From an uncultured Lachnospiraceae bacterium (GTDB lineage Bacteria; Bacillota; Clostridia; Lachnospirales; Lachnospiraceae), in assembly GCA_902779505.1 (NCBI GenBank), contig CACZBZ010000002.1:40601-104600 (forward strand): a stretch of 64,000 nt of DNA, read 5' to 3'. The position numbers and the translations under genes are program-made. How positions within the stretch are numbered: the stretch's first letter is position 1; each line of letters begins with the position of its first letter. The notes below the pieces were generated by a model. It was not told the DNA's origin, did no database searches, and was given only the letters and a program-made list of their open reading frames with translations. This document shows positions 52,070 through 63,008 of the stretch, piece by piece.

Positions 52070-53734
52070 TTACACCTCCAGAATAATGGCAAGAATCATG
52101 GGTCTTCTGTTGGTCTTGTTCCACACAAATTCTCCCAAGGCTTCCTTTATTCTGTTTCTCATCTTGTTGTAATCGGTTACGCCTACTGTGACCATGTTCT
52201 GTATGGTTTCATCCATAAGTTCTGTCATCTCTCTCATAAGCTCATCCGATTCTCTTACATATATAAATCCTCTGGTGAGTATCTCGGGTCCGGCTACAAG
52301 ATTGCCGTCACCGTCCAGAGCACATGTTACGATCATAATTCCGTTCTCGGACAGATGCTGTCTGTCTCTTAAGACCGCATTACCCACATCTCCGACACCG
52401 AGTCCGTCAACAAGTACGTCGCCCGTAGGAACTCTGCCAATCTTCTTCGCACTGTCTTCACTTATCTCAAGTACATCTCCCGAAGACAGGATAAAGATAT
52501 TCTCTTTGGGCAGTCCCAGTTCTTCAACAAGTCTTGCCTGAGCTACCAGATGCTTGTATTCACCGTGCACCGGTATTGCATACTTGGGATGCACCAGTGT
52601 GTACATAAGCTTGATTTCTTCCCTGCAGGCATGTCCGGAAACATGTGTATCCTGGAAGACTACTTCCGCACCCTTTAAAAGAAGTTCATTGATTACTTTG
52701 GTAACCGCTTTTTCATTACCGGGTATCGGGCTGGATGAGAATATTATTGTGTCACCCGGGCCGATTGTAATCTTTTTGTGGGTGTGGGAAGCCATACGGC
52801 TTAAGGCCGCCATACTCTCACCCTGACTTCCTGTTGTGATTATTACCGTCTTTTCATCAGGATAATCCTTAAGGCTGTCTACGGCTATAAGAGTATTGTC
52901 AGGTATGTTCAGGCATCCGAGCTTTTGGGCTGTCTCTATTATGTAAACCATGCTCCTGCCTTCCACAACTACCTTACGTCCGTGTTTATAGGCAATATTT
53001 ATTATCTGCTGCACTCTGTCTACGTTTGAGGCAAAAGTGGCAACGATTATTCTTTTATTCTCGTGATCACTGAACAGGCCGTCCAGAGTCTTGCCAACGG
53101 TTTTTTCCGAAGGTGTGAATCCCGGTCTCTCTGCATTTGTGGAGTCGCACATAAGGGCAAGAACCCCTTCGTGTCCCAGTTCCGCAAATCTCTGAAGATC
53201 GATGGCATCTCCGTATACGGGTGTATAGTCCACCTTAAAGTCTCCCGTGTGAACCACTGTTCCCGCAGGAGAATATATAGCCAGAGCTGCTGCATCAACT
53301 ATACTGTGATTAGTTTTGATAAACTCCACCTTGAAATGGCCGAGTTCAATAACATCGCCGAATTTTACAACATTTCTTTCGGTTACATCAAGCAATTCAT
53401 GCTCTTCAAGCTTATGCTCGATAAGTCCCATTGTCAGTCTTGTTGCGTATATAGGAATATTTATTTTTTCCAAAACATAAGGCAATGCGCCGATATGGTC
53501 TTCGTGACCATGTGTGAACGCAAAGCCTTTAACCTTTTCTGCGTTATTGATAAGATAAGTAACATCCGGAATTACAAGATCTATGCCTAGCATATCATCA
53601 TCCGGAAAGCTCAGTCCGCAGTCAACAACTATAATACTGTCTTCATACTCGAAGGCAGTGATGTTCATTCCTATCTGTTCAAGACCCCCAAGAGGAATTA
53701 TCTTTAATTTCGATTCCTCATTACTCCTGTACAA
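52070..53734 (-). CDS. rnj: Ribonuclease J
   Basis: PLGGLEQIG, THGHEDHIG, HTGDFK, HVSGHA, PVHGE. Confidence 0.97.
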   Translation of the reverse strand: MYRSNEESKLKIIPLGGLEQIGMNITAFEYEDSIIVVDCGLSFPDDDMLGIDLVIPDVTYLINNAEKVKGFAFTHGHEDHIGALPYVLEKINIPIYATRLTMGLIEHKLEEHELLDVTERNVVKFGDVIELGHFKVEFIKTNHSIVDAAALAIYSPAGTVVHTGDFKVDYTPVYGDAIDLQRFAELGHEGVLALMCDSTNAERPGFTPSEKTVGKTLDGLFSDHENKRIIVATFASNVDRVQQIINIAYKHGRKVVVEGRSMVYIIETAQKLGCLNIPDNTLIAVDSLKDYPDEKTVIITTGSQGESMAALSRMASHTHKKITIGPGDTIIFSSSPIPGNEKAVTKVINELLLKGAEVVFQDTHVSGHACREEIKLMYTLVHPKYAIPVHGEYKHLVAQARLVEELGLPKENIFILSSGDVLEISEDSAKKIGRVPTGDVLVDGLGVGDVGNAVLRDRQHLSENGIMIVTCALDGDGNLVAGPEILTRGFIYVRESDELMREMTELMDETIQNMVTVGVTDYNKMRNRIKEALGEFVWNKTNRRPMILAIILEV

Positions 53735-53987
53735 ATTTTACATCCTCCAATAAATCTTCAAAAACACCCGCAACAGCCTCAAGCTCGGTGTCATCGGATA
53801 CGATGGCATAAACAGCCTCCGATTCGTCGTCCTTAGACATATCCTTGAGTATGAGAGCTTCCCCGTCGCCCTCTTCAAAGTCTGTTACAAGTATATAATT
53901 AACACCCGATATTCTTGTCTGCTCCAGTACAAAAAACTCTACCGGTGCATCCCCGTCGGGACAAAATGTGATCTTTTCCAGTTTCAT
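53721..53987 (-). CDS. DUF1292 domain protein
   Basis: Small acidic protein in the conserved position after ruvX. Confidence 0.8.
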   Translation of the reverse strand: MKLEKITFCPDGDAPVEFFVLEQTRISGVNYILVTDFEEGDGEALILKDMSKDDESEAVYAIVSDDTELEAVAGVFEDLLEDVKFVQE

Positions 53988-53992
53988 AGCTC

Positions 53993-54433
53993 TTATTCCT
54001 TATCAGTCTGCCTATTCTTCTTAAGGTCAAGATATCCCTGCAAAATAAAGGTTGCCGCTATCTGATCCACGTAGTCTTTACGGTTCTCGCGTCTTACCCC
54101 TGCTTCCATCATGAGTCTGTCGGCAGCAACGGTGGTAAGTCTCTCGTCCCATAATACGACTTCCAGTCCGGTCCTTCTTTCCAACTTCTCTTTGAATTCC
54201 TTGGTAAGCTCGACTCTTTCTCCTTCGGTGTCATTCATGTTCTTGGGATAGCCAAGAACAATCTCTTCCACCTCATATTCCTCTATCAGCTCCTCTATTC
54301 TGGCAAGTGTCTTTCTGAGTTTGTTAGCTGCATCTCTTCTGATGATCTCAACACCCTGAGCTGTTATCAAAAGAGGATCGCTTACTGCCACGCCGCAAGT
54401 CTTAGAGCCGAAATCAAGTCCCATTATGCGCAT
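53993..54433 (-). CDS. ruvX: YqgF/RuvX family nuclease
   Basis: [28 protein letters not shown]. Confidence 0.95.
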   Translation of the reverse strand: MRIMGLDFGSKTCGVAVSDPLLITAQGVEIIRRDAANKLRKTLARIEELIEEYEVEEIVLGYPKNMNDTEGERVELTKEFKEKLERRTGLEVVLWDERLTTVAADRLMMEAGVRRENRKDYVDQIAATFILQGYLDLKKNRQTDKE

Positions 54434-54446
54434 ATATAAGCCTCGA

Positions 54447-54710
54447 TTACTGCCAATTGTTGTTTACTATATATTGCTCGAGAAGTTCTTCAACAAGCTC
54501 GTCTCTTTCAACCTTCATAATAAGGCTTCTGGCACCTTTATGGCTTGTAATATAAGTAGGGTCACCGGACATGATATAACCGACAATCTGGTTAACCGGA
54601 TTGTAACCCTTCTCCGTCATGGCCTGAAATACTGCCTCAAATACTTCTTTGACGCTGATTTCCTTCTCTGCTTCTACCTTAAAAAATTGTGTATTACCAA
54701 GTTCCTGCAT
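54447..54710 (-). CDS. ireB: IreB/ReoM (DUF965) regulatory phosphoprotein
   Basis: [25 protein letters not shown]. Confidence 0.95.
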   Translation of the reverse strand: MQELGNTQFFKVEAEKEISVKEVFEAVFQAMTEKGYNPVNQIVGYIMSGDPTYITSHKGARSLIMKVERDELVEELLEQYIVNNNWQ

Positions 54711-54760
54711 TTATTTTCTCCTAGTGCTTTTAGTATACAATAAACCAACTATATCTTACA

Positions 54761-56146
54761 TTATTTGGAAGATTCTGACAATAGGAGTAGCCCGTCATCG
54801 CGTATCTTTACAGCCTGTCCCGACAGCAGTGTATTCACCTCGTGACCTGCCTTTTCTATTATGGCGGGACAGTAGTCCTTGGTATGGCCCAAAAGATAGC
54901 TTATACCGTCTATCTCTTTCTCCTCTTCCGTCAGTATTTCAAGGACTTTACCTATCTTCTCTTTTCTAAAATTATAGCTGTTATTTTTACTGAGTTCTAT
55001 GAGTCTGTCGCTTCTTGCCGACTTTACTGCATCGGTGTTCTGGCCGGGCATCTTGTCAGCGGTCGTTCCCTTTCTTCTCGAGTACTTGAATATATGAGTC
55101 TCATAGAAGCATATCTTTTTTACAAAATCGTATGTTTCTTCGAATTCTTCGGGGTTTTCGCCGGGGAAGCCCGTAATAATATCAGTTGTTATTGCCGGCT
55201 TGTCAAAATACTCTCTTATCAGACAGGTCTTCTCGTAAAACTCTTCCGTTGTATACTGTCTGTTCATTCTCTTTAAGGTTTCATCGCATCCGCTCTGAAG
55301 GCTTAAATGAAAATGAGGGCAGATTTTTCCATTTTTACTTATTCTCTCCAGGAATTCTCTTGTTATAATCCTGGGTTCCAAAGAGCCTAGCCTTATTCTC
55401 TTTATTCCTTCTATCTCCGATACCCGGTCAATTACTTCCAGAAGGTCCTTATTGGTATATTCACCGGAACCCGCCGCACTGTTGTAAGAAGTTACTTTTC
55501 CTTTTTCATCAGGGTAAAAGTCCAGGCCATAGGAACTTAAATGTATTCCGGTTATGACCACCTCTTTGTATCCCTGATTCGCCAGATTGTTTATTTCCTC
55601 GAAAATCTCTTCTTTTTTCCTTGATCTGACTCTGCCTCTGGCCATGGGAATAAGACAATATGAGCAAAACTGATTGCAGCCGTCCTGTATTTTTATATCA
55701 ACTCTTGTTCGTTCCGTAGAATATCTGAGAGAACACGCTTCATATTCCGGATTCTTGTCAATATCCGAAAGGATGGCTGTTTTTTTCTTGTTTGCCGCAA
55801 TGTGTTCCTCAACGATATCCACTACTTTTGTCTTATTGTTATTACCTATAATAATATCTATGGCTTCGTCTTTTTCCGCATTCTGTGCATCCGTCTGCAC
55901 GTAGCAACCTGTGGCAACAACAACGGAATCGGGATTTTCCTTTTTTGCTTTATGGAGCATCTGCCTGCTTTTTCTGTCAGCAATATTTGTTACTGTACAG
56001 GTATTAACCACATAAATGTCCGCTTTTGTGCTAAAAGGCACAATTTTATAGCCTCTTTCTTCAAATTTTTGTTGCATTACATCCATTTCGTATGTATTTA
56101 CTTTACAGCCTAAGTTATGAAATGCCACAGTTTTCATCTTTATCAC
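54761..56146 (-). CDS. mtaB: tRNA t6A37 methylthiotransferase
   Basis: LGCKVNTYE, NTCTVT, CNQFCSYC radical SAM motif, HLSLQSG. Confidence 0.93.
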   Translation of the reverse strand: MIKMKTVAFHNLGCKVNTYEMDVMQQKFEERGYKIVPFSTKADIYVVNTCTVTNIADRKSRQMLHKAKKENPDSVVVATGCYVQTDAQNAEKDEAIDIIIGNNNKTKVVDIVEEHIAANKKKTAILSDIDKNPEYEACSLRYSTERTRVDIKIQDGCNQFCSYCLIPMARGRVRSRKKEEIFEEINNLANQGYKEVVITGIHLSSYGLDFYPDEKGKVTSYNSAAGSGEYTNKDLLEVIDRVSEIEGIKRIRLGSLEPRIITREFLERISKNGKICPHFHLSLQSGCDETLKRMNRQYTTEEFYEKTCLIREYFDKPAITTDIITGFPGENPEEFEETYDFVKKICFYETHIFKYSRRKGTTADKMPGQNTDAVKSARSDRLIELSKNNSYNFRKEKIGKVLEILTEEEKEIDGISYLLGHTKDYCPAIIEKAGHEVNTLLSGQAVKIRDDGLLLLSESSK

Positions 56147-56171
56147 CGTTTTTTTCGTTAATTTTTGTTTA

Positions 56172-56200
56172 TTGACTTTTTCTCATACGACAATTACTAT
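56172..56200 (+). promoter_or_regulatory. sigma-A promoter of the HPr-like gene
   Basis: TTGACT-17bp-TACTAT. Confidence 0.7.
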
Positions 56201-56238
56201 TAAATCGAAGGTATGAAAGCTTATAAGGAGGTACATAT

Positions 56239-56469
56239 ATGAAGACAGTACAGATTTCACTTAATTCAATCGATAAGGTTAAGTCATTCGTTAATGACAT
56301 TACTAAGTTCGATTACGACTTTGATCTTGTATCAGGAAGATACGTTATCGATGCAAAGTCTATCATGGGTATTTTCAGCTTGGATCTTTCTAAGCCCATC
56401 GATCTTAATATCCATGCAGAAGATAATGTTGATGCAGTATTAGATGTTCTTAAGCAGTACACTGTTTAA
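56239..56469 (+). CDS. HPr-family protein lacking His15
   Basis: IDAKSIMGIFSL (Ser46 region); no GLHARP motif; AAGGAGG RBS. Confidence 0.88.
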   Translation: MKTVQISLNSIDKVKSFVNDITKFDYDFDLVSGRYVIDAKSIMGIFSLDLSKPIDLNIHAEDNVDAVLDVLKQYTV

Positions 56470-56500
56470 TCAACTTATCTTTTTATTCAATGAAAACTTG

Positions 56501-56529
56501 AAGAGCAGGACAATGTCCTGCTCTTTTTT
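56501..56529. terminator. Terminator between the HPr-like gene and thiI
   Basis: AAGAGCAGGACA-a-TGTCCTGCTCTT followed by a T run. Confidence 0.85.
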
Positions 56530-57712
56530 ATTCTGATGTAACAACCAGAGTCTCTCTTGTATCCAGCGCTTCTTTAAACATCTCGTCTATGCAGTCATCA
56601 AGATGCTTCTCATGTCTCTTGATTACTTCCAGACTGGGTTTTGTAACCGGGTGCTTTGCAACAAATATGGTACAGCAGTCTTCGAAAGGCAGTATTGATG
56701 TCTCATAAGTGCCTATCTTCTCCGAAATATTAACAATCTCCTGCTTATCCATACCTATACATGGTCTGAATACGGGAAGTGTACAAACTTCATTGGTACA
56801 TGCCAAAGATGCCATGGTCTGGCTGGCAACCTGTCCGATACTTTCACCGGTTATAAGTCCGAGACATTCCGTTTCCTTCGCAATGGTCTCCGCGATCTTC
56901 ATCATGTATCTTCTCATTATTATGGTCAGCTCGTCATGAGGACATTTTTCATATATGGCAAGCTGAATATCCGTAAAATTCACTATATGAAGATATATGG
57001 GGCCACTGTACTTTGCCACCTGCTTGGCAAGATCGATAACCTTCTGTTTTGCTCTTTCTGAAGTATAAGGTGGTGCGTGAAAATAAACCGCATCTATCTT
57101 TACGCCTCTTTTTGATATCATGTAACCTGCTACAGGTGAATCAATTCCGCCTGACAGAAGCAGCATTGCCTTGCCGTTTGTTCCCACGGGCATTCCTCCG
57201 GGGCCGGCTATTACTGTGGAATAGAGATATATCTTCTCTCTGATCTCAACAGTTATAAGATAATCCGGATCATGAACATCTACTTTCAAACCTTCATATT
57301 CATCAAGCACCGCTTCTCCTATGAGAGCGTTGAGTTCCATACTGTCCAAAGGATAGTTTTTATGTGCTCTTCTGGCATGAATCTTGAAAGTATGATCCTT
57401 TGTATCGTGATTTCTTCCTATATAATCCACTACCGCTTTTTTCAGCGACTCCGGATTGCATACATCCAGCATCTCCACGGGACATATTCCCGTAATACCG
57501 AATACACACTGAAGGTTTGCCACGGTTTCGTCATAATCGTAGTCACCCAAAGCATCTACATATATTCTTCCTTCCGCTTTGTGGACATTGAAGCTTCCTT
57601 CACATCTTTTAAGAGCGTATTTTATCTGCTGCATCAGAGCATTTTCAAACAGATATCTGTTCTTTCCTTTTACGCCTATTTCTCCGTACTTTATTAAAAA
57701 AGATGAAAACAT
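56528..57712 (-). CDS. thiI: tRNA 4-thiouridine synthase
   Basis: KYGEIGVKGKNR, THUMP domain, LLSGGIDSPVA, GESIGQVASQT, EDCC. Confidence 0.96.
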   Translation of the reverse strand: MFSSFLIKYGEIGVKGKNRYLFENALMQQIKYALKRCEGSFNVHKAEGRIYVDALGDYDYDETVANLQCVFGITGICPVEMLDVCNPESLKKAVVDYIGRNHDTKDHTFKIHARRAHKNYPLDSMELNALIGEAVLDEYEGLKVDVHDPDYLITVEIREKIYLYSTVIAGPGGMPVGTNGKAMLLLSGGIDSPVAGYMISKRGVKIDAVYFHAPPYTSERAKQKVIDLAKQVAKYSGPIYLHIVNFTDIQLAIYEKCPHDELTIIMRRYMMKIAETIAKETECLGLITGESIGQVASQTMASLACTNEVCTLPVFRPCIGMDKQEIVNISEKIGTYETSILPFEDCCTIFVAKHPVTKPSLEVIKRHEKHLDDCIDEMFKEALDTRETLVVTSE

Positions 57713-57727
57713 TACTCTCTCCTTGGA

Positions 57728-58882
57728 TTAGTGTCTGGTATATTTTCTGAGCATCGGCAGTAATTCTTTAAGCGCCTCTACCGTATACTCCAATTCTTCT
57801 TTTGTGGTAAAAACCGAAAAACTGAATCTTATTGTGGAATCCAGCAATTCTTTTTTTACTCCGATTGCCTTAAGGGTGGATGATATCGCAGGCTTGTTGG
57901 AAGCGCAGGCACTTCCGCTGGATACATATATTCCCTTATCTTCAAGAGCATGCAGAAGAACCTCCGCACGTATTCCGTCTACAGATACGCTTACAACGTG
58001 GGGAGCCGAATCTCTGCCGGTCAGTCCGTTGATCGTAAGTCCTTCTATCTCGGACAGACTCTTTATAAAGAAGTCTTTCAGTTCATAGAGTTCATCGATA
58101 TGCTTATCCAGATCCTTATATATCAGTTCAACGGCTTTTCCCATTCCCGCTATCGCAGGTACGTTCTCAGTTCCTGAGCGCATGCCTTTCTGCTGACCGC
58201 CACCGAATATAATAGGATGAATCTTAATCTTTTCATTAATATAGAGGAAACCGATGCCCTTGGGTCCATGTATCTTATGACCGCTTACGGAAAGAAGGTC
58301 AATATTCATCTTCTTGGGCATTATCCTGAACTTACCGTAACCCTGAACCGCATCAACATGAAAAACAATGGACGGATTGATCTTTTTAATGAGCGCTCCG
58401 GCCTCTTCTATGGGTTCAAGTGCACCGATCTCATTATTGGTATGCATTACAGACACAAGTATTGTCTCTTTTTTTATGGCCTTTTCAAGATCTTCGAGTC
58501 TGATTCTTCCATTATTATCCACGGGAAGATATGTAATCTCAAATCCCAGATCTCTAAGATGCTCACAGGTCTCGATTATCGCCGGATGCTCTATGGATGT
58601 GGTAATTATATGATTACCGCTCCTTTTATTTGCCATGGCGGTTCCTATCAGAGCAAGATTGTCCGATTCCGTACCACCGGATGTAAACAATATTTCCTTG
58701 GGCTGACATTTCAGATTTTTGGAAATAATGTCCTTAGCTTCCTTAATATAGTTCTCGGCCTGAAGTCCCTTATTATGCATACTTGAGGGATTTCCGTAAT
58801 CCTCAAGCATCACTTTTTGTACCATATTTGCTACTTCTGAAAAAACCTTTGTTGTAGCGGAATTGTCTAAATATACTTCCAT
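57728..58882 (-). CDS. Cysteine desulfurase (IscS/NifZ-like, paired with ThiI)
   Basis: YLDNSATT, SGHKIHGPKG, RSGTEN, SSGSAC. Confidence 0.95.
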   Translation of the reverse strand: MEVYLDNSATTKVFSEVANMVQKVMLEDYGNPSSMHNKGLQAENYIKEAKDIISKNLKCQPKEILFTSGGTESDNLALIGTAMANKRSGNHIITTSIEHPAIIETCEHLRDLGFEITYLPVDNNGRIRLEDLEKAIKKETILVSVMHTNNEIGALEPIEEAGALIKKINPSIVFHVDAVQGYGKFRIMPKKMNIDLLSVSGHKIHGPKGIGFLYINEKIKIHPIIFGGGQQKGMRSGTENVPAIAGMGKAVELIYKDLDKHIDELYELKDFFIKSLSEIEGLTINGLTGRDSAPHVVSVSVDGIRAEVLLHALEDKGIYVSSGSACASNKPAISSTLKAIGVKKELLDSTIRFSFSVFTTKEELEYTVEALKELLPMLRKYTRH

Positions 58883-58897
58883 TTCGACCTCTTATTG

Positions 58898-59653
58898 TCA
58901 GTTATTTCTGCCTTCAAGAATGAAAACAAGCCATGACAGAACGGTCAAGCCCGCTGTCTCTGTTCTGAGTATTCTTTTTCCCAAAGTTACTGACTTTGCG
59001 CCGATTTCTTCGGCCATTTTGATTTCCTCGGGTGTGATCCCGCCTTCCGGTCCGATAAAGACTCCGACGCTGTCTCCGGGGGCAATTTTATTTATCACAC
59101 TGCGTGTATTTTCCATGTCGTCGGCTAATTCGTACGGAATTATCTTGCAATTCAAGCAATTAGCGTAGTTGCAAGCATCCTTAAAAGTCATAACATCTGT
59201 TATGCAAGGAATTGTCGCCCGCTTTGACTGTTTTGCAGCCGCTCTTGCAATTTCTCTGTATCTCTCAACTTTTTTCTTGGCTCTTTTTTCATCCAGCTTC
59301 ACCACACATCTGTCCATGGCCACCGGTATTATTTCATATACACCAAGTTCGATTGCCTTCTGAATAACCAGTTCCATTTTGTCGCCCTTGGGCAGACCCT
59401 GGAAAAGATATATCTTTGACGGAAGCTCCGCCCCGTCTTCTTTAATGAATCTGAGCTCACACTTTACCGTGTCCTCGCCAAAGGAAGCAATGGCACATCT
59501 GTACTCTTTTCCGTCAATACCGTTGCTTACGGCGATCTCCTCGCCGGTCTTCATCCTGAGAACATTCTTTATATGATTGACGTCAGAGCCTTCTATTATG
59601 ACGCATTTCCTCTCTACGTCAATATTCCCCGGCTCTACAAAGAACTGATACAT
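58898..59653 (-). CDS. rsmE: 16S rRNA m3U1498 methyltransferase
   Basis: HIKNVLR, IGPEGG, LGKRILRTETA. Confidence 0.96.
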   Translation of the reverse strand: MYQFFVEPGNIDVERKCVIIEGSDVNHIKNVLRMKTGEEIAVSNGIDGKEYRCAIASFGEDTVKCELRFIKEDGAELPSKIYLFQGLPKGDKMELVIQKAIELGVYEIIPVAMDRCVVKLDEKRAKKKVERYREIARAAAKQSKRATIPCITDVMTFKDACNYANCLNCKIIPYELADDMENTRSVINKIAPGDSVGVFIGPEGGITPEEIKMAEEIGAKSVTLGKRILRTETAGLTVLSWLVFILEGRNN

Positions 59654-60612
59654 TAGTTATCCTTCCTGGCTGTAACGTTGACCCATTCTCCCTGGTATGT
59701 GGTCTCTACAACAGTAAGTCCTGCGGATATCATCGCCTCTTTTACGGAATCTTCTTTTCCGTTTATTATTCCCGATGTTATATACACCGCACCCTTTTTC
59801 ATCTGGCTCACGATTACCGGAGTCAGCTCCACAAGTACCGGGGCCAGAATGTTGGCAACCACTATATCGTAACAGTCATATCCAACCTTGTCCTGAACAG
59901 CCTTGTCATCAATGATATTGCCTATCATCATATTAAAACTGTTAGGATCTATGTTGTTGACTTCCATATTCTCTCTTACAGCTTCCACGGCACAGGGATC
60001 GAGATCTGTTCCCACACAATGTTTTGCACCGTACATAAGGGCCAGGATAGCAAGGATTCCGCTTCCCGTTCCCACATCCAGCAGTTCTGTATCTTTCGTA
60101 AGATACTTTTTAATCTGGCGTATGCAGAGCTGTGTTGTCTCATGCATACCTGTTCCGAAAGCTGTACCGGGATCTATATGAAGAATCTTCTTGTCCTTAT
60201 CCTCATCCTTCACCTCTTCCCAGGAAGGTATTACCAGAAGATCATCTATATAGAACTGATGGAAATACTTCTTCCAGTTGTTGATCCAATCCAGATCTTC
60301 CGTCTCGTCTATAGTTACGCTTCCTTCTCCGATATCACAATATGAACTGATGTCTGCAAGCACATCCTTAACCTTGGTCACAAGTTCATCAATATCCGCA
60401 GTTCCTTCTTCGACGAAAAAACTCAGATACGCTATTCCGTCATCAGGCTCCACATTGGGAAGAATATCAACGAACATCTGCTCCTTTTCCAAAGGAGATA
60501 AAGGAATCTTGTCCTCGATCTGTGCTCCCTCAAGTCCTATATCATAGAGGTCGCTGATGATGATATCTTCCGCATCTGTTATAGTCTTAATTCTTATTCT
60601 TGTCCATTTCAT
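59653..60612 (-). CDS. prmA: Ribosomal protein L11 methyltransferase
   Basis: DPGTAFGTGMHETT, LDVGTGSGIL, VANIL. Confidence 0.96.
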   Translation of the reverse strand: MKWTRIRIKTITDAEDIIISDLYDIGLEGAQIEDKIPLSPLEKEQMFVDILPNVEPDDGIAYLSFFVEEGTADIDELVTKVKDVLADISSYCDIGEGSVTIDETEDLDWINNWKKYFHQFYIDDLLVIPSWEEVKDEDKDKKILHIDPGTAFGTGMHETTQLCIRQIKKYLTKDTELLDVGTGSGILAILALMYGAKHCVGTDLDPCAVEAVRENMEVNNIDPNSFNMMIGNIIDDKAVQDKVGYDCYDIVVANILAPVLVELTPVIVSQMKKGAVYITSGIINGKEDSVKEAMISAGLTVVETTYQGEWVNVTARKDN

Positions 60613-60662
60613 ACTCTGCCGCCTTATCTCGTTGCGTCTATCAAAATTATATTCTGATATAA

Positions 60663-62360
60663 TTATTGACCAAGTACATATTTATCAATTACCGACCAGA
60701 TGCTCTTATTTTCCTGGCCCAACTGCCATTCTGCCACGCCGGCAAGATCGTAGTTGCTCATTACATTAAGCTTTGTTGCAATGGATTCCGCATCCTCAAC
60801 CCATACCTGATAGAGAATGCCGCCCATCTCTTTTTCACCGTAATACTGACAGGTCTCGGAATCCCACTCAAGGCTTATTCCGTTGCTGTCTATGAACTCT
60901 CTGGTTCTGTCCATTCCCAGTGCATCCGAAGTTACGCTTCCTCCGTTGGTCTTCCATACTCTGGTATAGAAAGGAATGGCATTAATGATCTTATCATTGG
61001 GTACTCCGTTATCAAGTACCATATTTATTCCTCTTTCTACGAAGCCTATTGATGCCACGGAACCGGCTACTCCGCCTGAACCCCAGTGCTCATCATATCC
61101 CATGATAACCACATAGTCCACTACTTTTCCCTGTTCACCGAGTCCGTAGTTGGCTCCGCCTTCGGGTGAATAGTTGTCAACCGAAAGCGCTATGCCTCTT
61201 CGTCTGCATTCGATTGAAAGCTCTCTTATGAATTCCACGTATGACTCAACCGTATCGGAATTAAGAAGCTCCATATCCAGGTTGATACCGTCAATTCCGT
61301 TTGCATCCACCTGTTCCATCAGACTTTGTACCAGACGCTGTCTCTTACTCGTATAAGAGAAGATTTCGTAAGAATCCACAGGATGGTTAACATTGTCCAA
61401 AACAGCCCACACTTCCATATTTCTTCCGTGAGCCTTGTCAACATATGCCTTGGAAGCGTAGTTTGTGTAATTGCCTTCATTATCGCTGAGACTGAACCAT
61501 GTGGGACATATGATACTCATTGTTCCCGTTCCGTCCACAAAGGAATCGAAGGTATCATTGCCGCTTACGGAATAGATGGCATGCCATGCCATGTTGATCT
61601 TGTAATCCTTCTGTACACGTGTGTATTCCTGAGGAACATATACCTGTGGATCCGCCTCCGTCTCAGTCTCTATATTTTTCAGATGCTTCTTTTCTATATA
61701 TCCTATAAGAGCATCTTCCGTCTTTACCTTATCCCAGTCTTCCATCTCCTCAAGGATGACTACTGTCTCGTCCTTATCCACTTTTCTGAGATATTCGCTC
61801 TTCACTCCGCCGAAATGTCTTACCGCACTGTCCTTTGACACTTTGGCTACGGTTCTTTCTCCCCACTGAGTTCTGAGCTGTATTCTTGAGGGTTCCGGAT
61901 AATAATCATATGTAAAATCCGTATACTTCTGCAGATAATCCAGAGCCACGTATAATGTATCTCCCTCCATAACAGCCGGAGTATAGTCCATTGTTATATC
62001 CTCGCCGGAGATAAGAACCACATCACTGCCTATTTCGGTCTCAATGAATTCTGTTGCAGTTGTATATATAAGAAGATTCTCGTGACTGTCGTAGTAGAAT
62101 CTGTTGTTAAGCAACGATTTTGCGGAAGCTATATCAAGATATATATCACCGTTTATCATTTTTGCCTTTGTGTCTATAAGTTCATCCTGCAACACAATTG
62201 CCACATCGGAATCACTCGTAATACCATACATGCCGGCAAGGTCGGCCTGCTCATTGGAATAGCCAAAATATTTATCGTAGAGCTGTACACCTATTGCTCC
62301 GCCTCCAACCAATATAATAAGGGCAATCGCCACTAATACCGGAATGATTTTTTTCTTCAT
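60663..62360 (-). CDS. Membrane-anchored GH18 glycoside hydrolase with SH3-like domain
   Basis: N-terminal TM helix, DGINLDME, IMGYDEH, IPFYTRVW, GVAEWQLG. Confidence 0.88.
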   Translation of the reverse strand: MKKKIIPVLVAIALIILVGGGAIGVQLYDKYFGYSNEQADLAGMYGITSDSDVAIVLQDELIDTKAKMINGDIYLDIASAKSLLNNRFYYDSHENLLIYTTATEFIETEIGSDVVLISGEDITMDYTPAVMEGDTLYVALDYLQKYTDFTYDYYPEPSRIQLRTQWGERTVAKVSKDSAVRHFGGVKSEYLRKVDKDETVVILEEMEDWDKVKTEDALIGYIEKKHLKNIETETEADPQVYVPQEYTRVQKDYKINMAWHAIYSVSGNDTFDSFVDGTGTMSIICPTWFSLSDNEGNYTNYASKAYVDKAHGRNMEVWAVLDNVNHPVDSYEIFSYTSKRQRLVQSLMEQVDANGIDGINLDMELLNSDTVESYVEFIRELSIECRRRGIALSVDNYSPEGGANYGLGEQGKVVDYVVIMGYDEHWGSGGVAGSVASIGFVERGINMVLDNGVPNDKIINAIPFYTRVWKTNGGSVTSDALGMDRTREFIDSNGISLEWDSETCQYYGEKEMGGILYQVWVEDAESIATKLNVMSNYDLAGVAEWQLGQENKSIWSVIDKYVLGQ

Positions 62361-62520
62361 CTTAATCCTCCAAAATTACTCTCGATTGCCCTATTATATC
62401 AGTTTTTATCAGTATCGTCATTACCTATATTAAAGAACTCTTTGCTGTTTCAGCCGTCTACGGGGATAGCCTGGCTGATTGTTTTTGTTTTCTCGTGATA
62501 GAAGGCATGAAGTTTCTGCT

Positions 62521-62739
62521 CTATTGTTTCAGAAATCGTCCATACCAGATTTCCTTAAGGTTACCGTCCTTGTCTTTTACGACAAATTCAGGAATATAAC
62601 GCTGTTTTTCGTTGACCTGCTGTACTTTTGCTATCTCGCCCGGAGTAGCCAGATGATTACCTCTGTATAGGATCACCCCTCCGTCAGCGGCACATTCCAG
62701 CACATTCTGCAAGGTCTTCGCTCTTGACTGTAAATGCAT
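62521..62739 (-). CDS. Small hypothetical protein
   Basis: ORF with GGAGG RBS before ATG at 62739 (ORF track extends to 62844). Confidence 0.6.
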   Translation of the reverse strand: MHLQSRAKTLQNVLECAADGGVILYRGNHLATPGEIAKVQQVNEKQRYIPEFVVKDKDGNLKEIWYGRFLKQ

Positions 62740-62988
62740 AAATATACCTCCGCTTAAAACGTCCGACCAAAAGGACATGATATATAATTCCCTTTCTTCA
62801 ATATTAATAATGCTTACTGACGAGAGATCAACCTGACGTGCCACTAAAACGGTTACCTGAAAAGTTTTTACGTTTATATGGGATTATAAAAGATTCCTTT
62901 CAGCATAATAAAAGAGCTATTTCGAAATTGTTGACAACTATTTTATCTGCTTATTGGAAAAATCTGAGCAACTGAAGTGCTCTGTGAC

Positions 62989-63008
62989 CGATTGATTATA
63001 ATCAATCG
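62989..63008. promoter_or_regulatory. Perfect 20-bp palindrome, candidate operator
   Basis: CGATTGATTA|TAATCAATCG in the divergent intergenic region upstream of mecA. Confidence 0.5.
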
